Shown: one piece after another, positions 49,954 to 59,874 of the stretch
Numbering within the stretch: position 1 is the stretch's first letter
Layout of the letters: each line of letters starts with the position of its first letter
From: an uncultured Brachyspira sp.
GTDB taxonomy: Bacteria; Spirochaetota; Brachyspiria; Brachyspirales; Brachyspiraceae
NCBI RefSeq assembly: GCF_934747485.1
Contig: NZ_CAKVGN010000005.1
Span: forward strand, 1,636-65,635
Length of the DNA: 64,000 bases
Direction: 5' to 3'
Made by a program: the position numbers and the translations under genes
The notes under the pieces: model-generated
What the model was told of the DNA's origin: nothing
Databases searched by the model: none
Seen by the model: the letters and a program-made list of their open reading frames with translations, nothing else

Positions 49954-49984
49954 ACTTCATAATATAACCTATTTTTATTAGAAT

Positions 49985-50024
49985 TACAGATATCTGAGTT
50001 TAATTCTTGGGTATCTGTATTTTT
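49985..50024 (+). terminator. Intrinsic terminator after feoAB
   Basis: TACAGATATCTGAG..CTTGGGTATCTGTA plus T-run. Confidence 0.7.
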
Positions 50025-50171
50025 ATATAATAATTTTATTGAGTTTCTAATTAAATATTAATCATATTTTTAAATAATAAAAAATTGATAAAACATAATT
50101 AGTTTAGTATATTGTTAATTATGTTTTTAATGTATAATGTTTAATTATATTTATGCCCAAGGGGGATTTTT

Positions 50172-50684
50172 ATGGAATTAAAAGTATTAAATAAACAAAA
50201 TAATTCAAGAATGTGTTTAGTGTGCGGATTTAAAAATGATTTAAGTTTGAAGGCAGAGTTTTTTGAGCTTGAAGATAAATCGCTTTGTGCTTTGGTAACT
50301 TTTAAAGACCATCATCAAGGATACCCCGGAAGAGTGCATGGCGGGATACTTGCTGCTATATTAGATGAAACTATAGGAAGAGCAATGATGCCATACACCG
50401 GGGAAGATAAATGGGGCGTAACAACAACACTTACAACAAAATATAAAAAGCCTGTACCTATCAATGAAGAGATTAGAATAATTGGAAAAATAACTTACGG
50501 CAATGGCAGAATATATGAAGGAGAAGGCTACATACTTCTTAATGATGATACAGTAGCAGTAACAGCAAAAGGCAATTATATATGCATGAGTTTAGAGCAG
50601 ATAGCAGAAATGGACCCAAACAATGAAGAAGATTGGTATGTGGAGAAAAAGGAAACAGACCCTAAAACTATAGCAATACCATAA
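50172..50684 (+). CDS. PaaI-family thioesterase
   Basis: C.VCG..N, QGYPG.VHGG....LDE. Confidence 0.9.
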   Translation: MELKVLNKQNNSRMCLVCGFKNDLSLKAEFFELEDKSLCALVTFKDHHQGYPGRVHGGILAAILDETIGRAMMPYTGEDKWGVTTTLTTKYKKPVPINEEIRIIGKITYGNGRIYEGEGYILLNDDTVAVTAKGNYICMSLEQIAEMDPNNEEDWYVEKKETDPKTIAIP

Positions 50685-50754
50685 ATTAAATTATATTATT
50701 ATAAAACGTGTAGAAGTTTGTTGTGATATATTAATAATTTTATAATTTTTTATA

Positions 50755-51012
50755 TTGTTCTTTTTCTCGTATTACACGGTGTGGACTTCGTAAAAGTTTT
50801 TACCCTTCGGGTACGCTTCGTGAAAAGTGCAAATAATAATACTAGATTATATTAAAAGATATTGATGATAAAATGCAGCCTTTTTGCTTCTTTGTGGCAA
50901 CAAAAGAAGTAGGGGTTCGGGGGCTAGCCCCCGATAACAATAAAAAAATTAATTTTGTAATTTAAGGTTTTATTCAACTTTTTCCCGTAGCAAAAAGTTG
51001 CAAAAAGTACAA
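50755..51012 (+). mobile_element. Family B full element (M4 and M1 in left half, empty right half) plus an empty left half at 50974-51011
   Basis: Provides the empty reference alleles CTTCTTTGTGGCAACAAAAGAAG and CAACTTTTTCCCGTAGCAAAAAGTTGCAAAAAGT. Confidence 0.8.
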
Positions 51013-51120
51013 GTAAAAAATGATAGTAACCCATAATAATTTATATGTAATATAAATTATTAATTAGTATAATGGTATTTAACAAAATACTTAAAAATCT
51101 TTAATACATAATAAAATTGC

Positions 51121-53112
51121 TTAAGAATCTCTCTTCAATGTTGCTTTGAGGTTTGAGAAAAACTCTTCTTCGTCCATTGCCATATCTTCTGGGAGGCCTT
51201 TTCTCATTTCCTCCAAAAATATTGACGGAGTGCATTCCACATCTCTTCCCTGCTTTTTTCTTTTCATGCAGTATGTTAATGTGAGGTGCTTTTTTGCTCT
51301 TGTCATAGCAACATAACAAAGTCTTCTCTCTTCTTCTATCTCTCTATCTGATGAACTTTTATGATGCGGAAGTATGCCGTCTTCCATACCGCATATATAA
51401 ACATAAGGAAACTCTAAACCCTTTGCAGCATGTATACTCATAAGCATTACGCCTTTCTTTTTCTCTTCTTCATTATTTTCCTCTATGCTCATTAAAAGTA
51501 TTCTGTCCAAATAATTTTTTAGAGTGGCGTTTTTATTTCCTTTCTCATATTCAGCTATACCATTCATTAGAGATTCAATGTTTTCTATCTTTTTGCTTCC
51601 CTGCTCTTTTGTATCGCTTGAGTTTAATACTTCATTATGATATGCAATTGTGTCTAAAAACTTATTAATGTTTTCATAGAGTTTTGGTTTTTCTAATGTG
51701 TTTTTATCAACTGTAAAGACTTCATTATAATGATGAATAATATCCAAGAAATCTTTTATGCCTGTTTTTGCCTTTGGAGGTATATCATCTATATTCTCAT
51801 AGTCAAGCAATGTTTGATATAATGACACGCCGTTTTTTATGCTTATTTCATTGAGATTATTAATTGCAACGGCACCAATTCCTCTTTTTGGTATATTAAT
51901 AACTCTTAAAAGAGAAACCTCATCTTCAGGATTAACAAACAAGTTTAAATAAGCAAGTATATCTTTAATCTCTTTTCTTTCATAAAACTGAAAAGCACCA
52001 ACTACAGTATATGGAATGCCTCTAAACCTCAAAGCCTCTTCAAAAATACGCGACTGAGAGTTCATTCTAAAAAGTATAGCAAAACTTTCGTAGTTTAAAT
52101 TTTTGCTTATTGCAGTTTGTGTAATATTCTCTGCTATAAACTGTGCTTCATCTCTTTCATCTTCGCAAGGCATAATAACAGGTGGTATACCTTCATCATT
52201 AACAGCAACAACCTCTTTTGCCTTTCTTTGTGTATTATTGCTTATTACAGCATGTGCCGCTTCAAGTATCGCTTTAGTGCTTCTATAATTTTTGTTTAAT
52301 GTGATTATTTTAGCTTCTGGATATTCGTTTTCAAAAGAAAGTATATTTGATACATCAGCCCCTCTAAAAGCGTATATACTTTGGTCATCATCACCCACAA
52401 CAACTATATTTTTATATTTTGAAGCTAAAAGACTTGTGAGTTTATACTGTGCTAAGTTGGTGTCTTGATATTCATCAACCATAATATATTTAAATCTCTC
52501 TTGATACTTATCCAACACATCAGGAAAATGAATATATAAATCAATAGTTAAATTAATAAGGTCATTAAAATCAACAGCATTATAGCCTTTCAAATAATTC
52601 TGATAAACCTCATAAACTCTTTTAGCAATCTTCTCCAAATCATCATGAGGCACTACTTCATTTGGCTTTATTAAATTATTTTTGTATCTGTCTATATACC
52701 AAGCAAAAAGGTTTTCATCATAATTAAGAGTATTTACTTTAACCTCTCTTAAAATATTTCTTATAAGAGTTCTGCTGTCTGAAGAAGAGTATATACTAAA
52801 GTTTTTTTTGTATCCGAGTCTGTCTATATCAAGCTTAAGCACCCTCACGCAAAAAGAATGAAAAGAGCTAATTACTAATTGTTTAGGTTTTTCTTTAAGC
52901 AAAGCAGTTATTCTCTCACGCATTTCATTAGCAGCTTTATTTGTAAAAGTAACAGCAAGTATATTATTAGGCTCTATTCCATTTTTTATTAAGTATGCAA
53001 TTCTCTCTGTAATTACTCTAGTCTTACCGCTTCCTGCTCCAGCCAATGCCAGCATGGGGCCGTTAATATGCTCTACAGCTTTTTTTTGCTCTTCATTTAA
53101 CATTAATGCCAT
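51121..53112 (-). CDS. ATP-dependent SF1 DNA helicase (PcrA/UvrD/Rep family)
   Basis: AGAGSGKT, TFTNKAA, DEYQD, GDDDQSIY, HAAKGLEF, EERRL.YVA.TRA. Confidence 0.96.
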   Translation of the reverse strand: MALMLNEEQKKAVEHINGPMLALAGAGSGKTRVITERIAYLIKNGIEPNNILAVTFTNKAANEMRERITALLKEKPKQLVISSFHSFCVRVLKLDIDRLGYKKNFSIYSSSDSRTLIRNILREVKVNTLNYDENLFAWYIDRYKNNLIKPNEVVPHDDLEKIAKRVYEVYQNYLKGYNAVDFNDLINLTIDLYIHFPDVLDKYQERFKYIMVDEYQDTNLAQYKLTSLLASKYKNIVVVGDDDQSIYAFRGADVSNILSFENEYPEAKIITLNKNYRSTKAILEAAHAVISNNTQRKAKEVVAVNDEGIPPVIMPCEDERDEAQFIAENITQTAISKNLNYESFAILFRMNSQSRIFEEALRFRGIPYTVVGAFQFYERKEIKDILAYLNLFVNPEDEVSLLRVINIPKRGIGAVAINNLNEISIKNGVSLYQTLLDYENIDDIPPKAKTGIKDFLDIIHHYNEVFTVDKNTLEKPKLYENINKFLDTIAYHNEVLNSSDTKEQGSKKIENIESLMNGIAEYEKGNKNATLKNYLDRILLMSIEENNEEEKKKGVMLMSIHAAKGLEFPYVYICGMEDGILPHHKSSSDREIEEERRLCYVAMTRAKKHLTLTYCMKRKKQGRDVECTPSIFLEEMRKGLPEDMAMDEEEFFSNLKATLKRDS

Positions 53113-53245
53113 AAAAAATAAAAAAACCTTTATTTATAAGTTGGAAATTTATTATATATTATAACGAAATATATACAAGCATAGTGCTTATTGATTAGAA
53201 AATAGTATATATTAAAATTTATTAGGTTTTTAAATTTTATTGTTT

Positions 53246-53557
53246 GTGGTGGCTTTGCCCCTGCGAAGCGTGCCCTTAGGATAGCACCCCCACTTTTTTT
53301 GCCGATAGGCACCTACTTGGTGCGACCGAAGGAAGTACCTTCGGTATTGGTATAAAAGAACCTTATATCCTTTGGATACGCTTCGCGAAGAACTGCATTT
53401 TTTAGCTCAGATTTAGGTATTACGTTATATTTAATACATATTCCTTATATATAAAAATATGACATTTATAAAGCTAAAACACTTGCACTTTTCGCAAAGC
53501 GTACCCGGAGGGTAAAAACTTTGACGAAGTCCGTACCGCGTAAGGCGGAAAAGAACT
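53246..53557 (-). mobile_element. Family B full element, reverse, six modules
   Basis: Three M1 (approx. 53262, 53365, 53492), tandem M5+M2 (53302-53346), M4 (approx. 53523). Confidence 0.8.
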
Positions 53558-53596
53558 ATAAATTAAATAAATATTGATAAAATATAATTTTATATA

Positions 53597-54478
53597 TTAC
53601 AATGTTTCAATCCACTTAAAAACTTCGTCCATTATATTGTTGCTGTCCATAGTCTCAAAAAATATTCCATTAACTAAATTGTTATGATAAATCTCTTTGT
53701 TTTCAAATACAATACATTTAGCCAAGCCATCATTAAAGCTATTAACTTTGTTTGAAAAATTGATTGAGTTTTGTACATCGCAAATAGGGTCTAATCCTGA
53801 GTGTATGCATAACACTTTATTTTTTTCGCTTCCATCTATATAGTTATAAGGGTTTGCCAAATCTCTGTTATAATTCCATTCAAAAAGCTGATTGAGCATA
53901 GGTGTGATAATTTCATTGGTGCATACATTTAAATCTGTTGGACCTCCTAATGAAATATATCCTTTAAAATTATTTATATCAACATTATACTTTTTTTGCA
54001 TATCTTTATTATAAACAAGTAAAGCTCCCAAATGAGCACCTGCAGATGAGCCTACAACAACTATATCAGAATAATCTATATTTTTTTCTTTTAATATAGA
54101 AAGTGCCTTATTAAATCCATTAAATACATCTTCTATTTGAGCTGGGTATTTAGCTTTTTTGCTTAATCTATAACCTAATAATATTGCATTAAAACCTTCT
54201 TTAGCAAATCTTCTTCCAACGAATCTATATAAATCAGCACTTCCCTCTCTCCAACCGCCTCCATGTATATATACTATTAATTGTTTTTTTGGCTTTTCAT
54301 TTTCTTTTAATTGTGCTGGGAAATATAAAATATATTGTCTTTTGTTCTTGTCGTATTTAAATTTAGTTGGCTTAATTTTTTTATCTGCCTTAATAAAATT
54401 AATAGCCATTACAGGATATGATAAATATTCTTTTATTAAGTTTTTATTTTTTTTTGTCTTTTTTATTTTATTATTCAT
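53597..54478 (-). CDS. Alpha/beta hydrolase (HSL-like esterase)
   Basis: HGGGW, GSSAG. Confidence 0.92.
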   Translation of the reverse strand: MNNKIKKTKKNKNLIKEYLSYPVMAINFIKADKKIKPTKFKYDKNKRQYILYFPAQLKENEKPKKQLIVYIHGGGWREGSADLYRFVGRRFAKEGFNAILLGYRLSKKAKYPAQIEDVFNGFNKALSILKEKNIDYSDIVVVGSSAGAHLGALLVYNKDMQKKYNVDINNFKGYISLGGPTDLNVCTNEIITPMLNQLFEWNYNRDLANPYNYIDGSEKNKVLCIHSGLDPICDVQNSINFSNKVNSFNDGLAKCIVFENKEIYHNNLVNGIFFETMDSNNIMDEVFKWIETL

Positions 54479-54507
54479 AAAAAACTCCTAATATTTATAA
54501 TATTTTT

Positions 54508-55164
54508 TTATGCATTAAAAATTTTTTTCAAAGATAAAATAAACTCATTTCTAAATAGTATAATCATAGTAAGAATAACAATTATACCAGACCCAAAAGC
54601 AGCCAAACTACTCCAATATAGAAAATTAAATAGAGGTAAAATAATCATTAATATAGATATAAAAGCAGCAGAAATTATATAAGAAACATATTCATTAAAA
54701 TATTTATGGTCTATAATTGCTATTATGAGCATAGAAACATTTAATCCAAGAGATAAAAAAGGCATCACATAATTAAAAGACCATTTATAAAAACCGCTGA
54801 ATATATCTATTATTATCACTAAAGGAAGAAGTATCAAAAACTCTATTAATAATTTTTGCCTCAAATAAAATATTGAAGCTGTAAAACATATATAGGTAAA
54901 ATATGCAGAGGCAACAGACACTATAGATATCATAGCCCAATTATATTTTGAAGAAGTTGATATATTAACAAGCATTATAATGATGATAGCACTTACAGCA
55001 ACTAAAGAAACTATCTTTTTAGCATTAACTTTTTTTATTTTTTTATAATACCAATCATATGAAGGATACTCTTCATTATATGTATTTTTATTTTCTACTT
55101 CACTAAAACATAATGGGCATTTGTTTGCTTTTATTTCTAATTTACAATTATTGCAATAAGGCAT
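54508..55164 (-). CDS. Membrane protein with N-terminal zinc ribbon (DUF6320-like)
   Basis: MPYCNNC..CPLC then multiple TM segments; GGAG RBS before ATG 55164. Confidence 0.75.
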   Translation of the reverse strand: MPYCNNCKLEIKANKCPLCFSEVENKNTYNEEYPSYDWYYKKIKKVNAKKIVSLVAVSAIIIIMLVNISTSSKYNWAMISIVSVASAYFTYICFTASIFYLRQKLLIEFLILLPLVIIIDIFSGFYKWSFNYVMPFLSLGLNVSMLIIAIIDHKYFNEYVSYIISAAFISILMIILPLFNFLYWSSLAAFGSGIIVILTMIILFRNEFILSLKKIFNA

Positions 55165-55168
55165 TTTT

Positions 55169-56433
55169 TTACACTCCAAAATCATTAGAATAAATTTCTG
55201 TTTTTGTAACTTTTGAAATATTTTGAAAGAAGTGTTTTATAATATCTGTTTCTATAATTGTTCTATTGAATGTAATAGATAATTTATCATCAAAACTGCA
55301 TAAGCCTACATTTAATGGACTATTTATTGTATTATAAACCACAGCCTCAAAATGATTAATATATTCTTTCATGTCTTGTGGAAGAATAATATTTCCAAAG
55401 TTTGATAATGTGAGAGTTTTTAATTTATCTTCAAATAGCTCAAAATCTAAATTCACCACAAAGTTTTTTATAAATAATGGAATAAATTTTGTTAACACAT
55501 TGTTTTCTAATTTTGTGTTTTGATAGATAAAGTTTTCTAATTTTTCTTTTTGAAGTTTTTCTTTCATTTCATTAGAAACTATTTTTATAATATCATTAAA
55601 GGTTAGTTCATTAGAAGTATTTATTTTTATATTAATTACACCAAAAAAGTTTTTTAAAGATATTGATGGAAATATTGTTCTTAAATTAACAGGAATGCAT
55701 ACCACTATATTTTTACCGTCTAATCTATTTTTTATTTTAGCTTCATATATAGAATATGCTAAAAGCGAAACAATATATGCTGTGATAGTAACATTATATT
55801 TTTTGCTTTCTTTTTTAATATTTTCCACACTAACAATTCCATGAACAACATTGTTTCCGTATATTTTTAATGGTTTGCCTTTTATTAAATAAACATTTTT
55901 AATTTTCTTTTCTTTTGTTGTTGTCTTTTTATTTTGTGTGTGCATTTTAAAACTGTCATCATAGTCGCGAGTTGTATGTATGCTGTCTTTAAATACATCT
56001 TCATTAGGGTCGTTAATTTGTTTTCCTGATAATGTTAGATAATGATAAAGCAGAGATTTTAAAAAACTTATTAAAGCTGTGGCATCTGCAAGAGAGTGAA
56101 AAACTTCTACAGATATTTTATATTGATAATAAACCACTCTAACTAAATAACCATTATTAAGTTTATAATTTATATTGTAGCAAGGATAATATTTTTCTTC
56201 TTCAACTAATAGTTTTCTATTATTTTCTTCAAAGTAATTCCAAAATAGACCTTTTTTTATAGATAGGGCAAATGTTGGAAATCTTTTCATTGTGATGTCT
56301 AAGGCATTTTGAAGTATTGCTTCATTTATTTTATCTTTTAATATAGCTGATACTCTGAATATGGGAATGTTTTTTTATTTTTTATAGATACAAAAAGTTT
56401 TGCGGCATTATCTAATTTGTATAATTCTTTCAT
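55169..56433 (-). pseudogene. Alcohol acetyltransferase/condensation-like acyltransferase, frameshifted after approx. codon 21
   Basis: ATG 56433 reads MKELYKLDNAAKLFVSIKNKK; adding one A to the A7 tract (56370-56376) joins it to NIPIFRVSA...MKRFP; HSLAD (HxxxD) motif downstream. Confidence 0.8.
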
Positions 56434-56604
56434 TTTTATACTCAATTATAGAATTGATAATTTTATAATATAATATTAAATTATTTATTCTATTTTGCAA
56501 TAATTAAATTTATAAAAAAAGAGTTGTTTTAACCACTATAGTTCTTTTTATTTAATTATTTATGGGTACTAATTACACTTATTATTCATATAGATTTGTA
56601 AATT

Positions 56605-57111
56605 TTGTTGTTCTTTTTCCCGCCGCTCGCACCCATACCTAAAAGTACTTCCTACGGTCGCAGGCACTTCTTTCGGTCGCCCTGAAGGACTCCTTTCAGT
56701 CGCGGTGCAGACTTCGTCAAAAGAACCAAAAAGTGCAAATACTATAGCTTTGTATGTTTTTGAATATGTATAAACTATATTGTAATGCCAACATTTTAAG
56801 CTAAACAATGCAGCCTTTTTGCTTCTTTGCGGCTGCACCACAGGCACTTCCTTCGGTCGCAAAAGAAGTTGGGTGCGGGGCAAAGCCCTGCAAATAATAA
56901 AAATAAAAAAGTTAAAAATTTTCAGTATATTCTGAAATAAGTATATTTTGTTATATTATTTTTTTATTCAACTTTTTCCTGCCTTCGCAGGTACTTCCTT
57001 CAGTCGCCCTGAAGGAGACTCCTTTCAGTCGCACCACAGGCACTTCTTTCAGTCGCTTTGCGGACTTCGTCAAAGTTTTCGCTCTTCGCCCACGCTTCGC
57101 GAAAGTGCAAA
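56605..57111 (+). mobile_element. Family B full element (56605-56893) plus left half (56967-57111), most heavily filled copies
   Basis: M2 nested in M2 nested in M4, M3 modules, 24-nt M2 at 56836-56859. Confidence 0.85.
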
Positions 57112-57171
57112 CATTTTAACTCTTCTGCAAATAAAAAACACCCGCTTTTTTAAGCGAGTGCTTTATTATTT

Positions 57172-58545
57172 TTAGTCTTTCATAATTGTTGAAGTAGGGT
57201 CCTGTAAATAATCTCTTGTTAGTTTAGCTACTTTTGGAGATAAAATTAAAAGCCCTATTAAGTTTGGTATAGCCATAAGACCATTCAAAGTGTCTGCTAT
57301 AGACCATATTAAATCTAATTGAGCAACGGCACCAATTATACCAATAATTAAAAATATAATTCTATAAGCATAAGAAGCTATTTTATTTCTTTTAGTGAGA
57401 TAACCTAAAGCAACAACACCATAATGCGACCAACCAACAAAAGTTGAGAAAGCGAATAATATTAATGATACAGTAAGTATTATAGAGCCGGCATGTCCTA
57501 AGTTAGCACCAAAAGAGGCAGATATTAATTCAGCACCGTTTAATTTAGTACCTTGATTAGCCTCTAAGAACATAATAGCCATAAGACCTGTTAAAGTACA
57601 AACAAAGAAAGTATCTATAAGCACTTCAAATATACCCCATAAACCTTGCTCTATAGGGTTTTTAGAGTTGCTGGCACCATGAGCCATAGGAGCAGTACCT
57701 AAACCAGCCTCGTTTGAAAATACACCTCTTGCAAAACCAAACTTCATAGCTATCATTATAGAATAACCCATGAAACCAGCACCAACTTGTTTCAAATTAA
57801 ATGCTTCAGAGAATACTCTTTGAAAAGCATGAGGTATTTTATCCAAATTTAAAGCCAAAATAATTATTCCAGCAACCAAATATATAACACACATAACAGG
57901 AACAAGTTTTTCTGTAACAGTAGCAATTCTTCTAATTCCGCCGATTATTATAACAGCAGTTAAAGCAACAACAACAATACCGGTAATAATTTTAGGTACT
58001 CCAAAATTTTGATAAACAACAGCCGCCATAGCATTAGTCTGAGTCATGTTTCCAGCACCAAAACAAGCCAAAGCAGCAAAAGCAGCAAATATACTGCCAA
58101 GCCAAGGTAAATTAGCACCTTTAGATATATAATACATAGGTCCTCCATGGTGATGACCTTGATCATCTTTAACTCTGTAATGAACAGCTAATATAACCTC
58201 AGAATATTTTGTAACCATTCCAAAAAAAGCAGCAAACCACATCCAAAATAAAGCTCCGGGTCCTCCTGCCACTATTGCAGTAGTAACTCCAGCAATGTTT
58301 CCAGTACCAACTGTGCTTGCTAATGCAGTACTCACTGCTTGAAAAGGGGTAATATTATCATCAGCATCTTGTTTTTTTGCTAAAGAACCAAAAGTATGTT
58401 TTACCCATAAAGGTATTTGTGTAATTTGCAAGAAACCAGTTCTAATACTTAAAAATATACCAGTTCCAACCAATAGGGTGAGCATTATAGGTCCCCATAC
58501 AAAACCATTGATAATGCCGTTGATTTTTTCTATCATATCAACCAT
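57172..58545 (-). CDS. Sodium:alanine symporter (AGCS family)
   Basis: ALASTVGTGNIAGV, GGPGALFWMW, GGPMYY, FSNEAGLG. Confidence 0.95.
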   Translation of the reverse strand: MVDMIEKINGIINGFVWGPIMLTLLVGTGIFLSIRTGFLQITQIPLWVKHTFGSLAKKQDADDNITPFQAVSTALASTVGTGNIAGVTTAIVAGGPGALFWMWFAAFFGMVTKYSEVILAVHYRVKDDQGHHHGGPMYYISKGANLPWLGSIFAAFAALACFGAGNMTQTNAMAAVVYQNFGVPKIITGIVVVALTAVIIIGGIRRIATVTEKLVPVMCVIYLVAGIIILALNLDKIPHAFQRVFSEAFNLKQVGAGFMGYSIMIAMKFGFARGVFSNEAGLGTAPMAHGASNSKNPIEQGLWGIFEVLIDTFFVCTLTGLMAIMFLEANQGTKLNGAELISASFGANLGHAGSIILTVSLILFAFSTFVGWSHYGVVALGYLTKRNKIASYAYRIIFLIIGIIGAVAQLDLIWSIADTLNGLMAIPNLIGLLILSPKVAKLTRDYLQDPTSTIMKD

Positions 58546-58624
58546 AATAATCTCCTTTTTTATGTAGTTTATTTAAATTTTGATGTACTCCTTAAAAAAT
58601 ATTTTTTTTATTTAAAAGATTTTT

Positions 58625-59731
58625 TTAATCTTTATAAACTCTCTTAACTCTCTCACCAATACGTACCAATACTTCATGACTTATAGTATCTATTTTTTTT
58701 GCCATAGTATTAGCATTAAGCCTCTCATCATCGCCAAATATTAAAACTTCATCTTCCTCTTTTATATTATCATTATTTCCTATATCTGCCATCATAATAT
58801 CCATGCATATCTTTCCTACTATAGGATAATATTTGCCGTTTATTTTTACTTCCCAATTATTAGAAAGCCTTCTTGATATTCCATCACCATATCCTATAGG
58901 TATTACAGCTATATTAGTATCTTTATCAGCCTTCCAAGTCATACCATAAGAAACAGTTTCATTCTTCTTTATTTTTCTAATTAATATAACTTTAGATTTT
59001 AAATTAAGTATAGGCTTAAATCCAAAGTCACGCAGCTTCTCTGTATAACCATAAACCACTATTCCAGCCCTAACCATATCAAAATATGCATTTTTATAAT
59101 AAAGCAACGCTGCAGAATTAGCAGTATGAGCATTATTTATTTTTATGCCGTTTGTTTTTAATTCATTTAAAACATCACTAAAAACTTTTATTTGATTTTC
59201 TGTAAACTCTTTTGAAGCATCATCAAACATATCTGAAGCAGCATAATGAGTGTTAATGCCTTCTATCTCTAAAGTATTATATGATGAAACTTTTTTTGCT
59301 AAGTTTAATACATCTTTTGGCTTTGCTCCCATTCTGTTTAGACCTGTATCTACTTTAATATAGAGTTTTAACTTTTTATCATGCTTTTTTAAAAACTTGT
59401 CATAATCATCTAAACATTCAGCATTGCTTATAATCGGCGTTAAATCATATTTACAAATATATTCTGATTCGTCTCTAAAATGCTGAAACAAAACAACGAT
59501 TGGTTTTTTGTTTTTAGCTTCTCTTATCTTTACACCCTCTTCTACAGTAGCAACTCCGAGTGCATCCACATTTAATTTTTCTAACTCTTTAGATATTTCT
59601 ACAATTCCATGACCATAAGCATTGGCTTTTACTACAGCGAGTAATTTAGTTTTTCCTGTCATAGAACGAATTATTTTTATATTATTTTCTAATGCTTTTA
59701 AATCTATTTCCGCTATATTGCATAAAGACAT
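58625..59731 (-). CDS. alr: Alanine racemase
   Basis: AVVKANAYGHG, KVDTG.NRMG, IGYGDG, CMD; GGAG RBS before ATG 59731. Confidence 0.96.
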   Translation of the reverse strand: MSLCNIAEIDLKALENNIKIIRSMTGKTKLLAVVKANAYGHGIVEISKELEKLNVDALGVATVEEGVKIREAKNKKPIVVLFQHFRDESEYICKYDLTPIISNAECLDDYDKFLKKHDKKLKLYIKVDTGLNRMGAKPKDVLNLAKKVSSYNTLEIEGINTHYAASDMFDDASKEFTENQIKVFSDVLNELKTNGIKINNAHTANSAALLYYKNAYFDMVRAGIVVYGYTEKLRDFGFKPILNLKSKVILIRKIKKNETVSYGMTWKADKDTNIAVIPIGYGDGISRRLSNNWEVKINGKYYPIVGKICMDIMMADIGNNDNIKEEDEVLIFGDDERLNANTMAKKIDTISHEVLVRIGERVKRVYKD

Positions 59732-59874
59732 CTTATCTCCTAAGCATATCTGAATTTTAGTATACATTTTTACTTTATTATTGTCAATACTGTAATTAGT
59801 ATTACTATGAAGTATAGTATTATTAATTATATTGTTAATTTTCAGATAAAGATTAAAATATAATTTTTTATATA

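Noticed and set aside
56605..57111. Possible CRISPR array
   Set aside because: No constant repeat alternating with unique spacers; units are nested and recur at dispersed loci; no cas genes in the window.
56569..57175. ORFs 56569-56883 (-) and 56948-57175 (+)
   Set aside because: Translations of GC-rich family B modules; no RBS or protein-like features.
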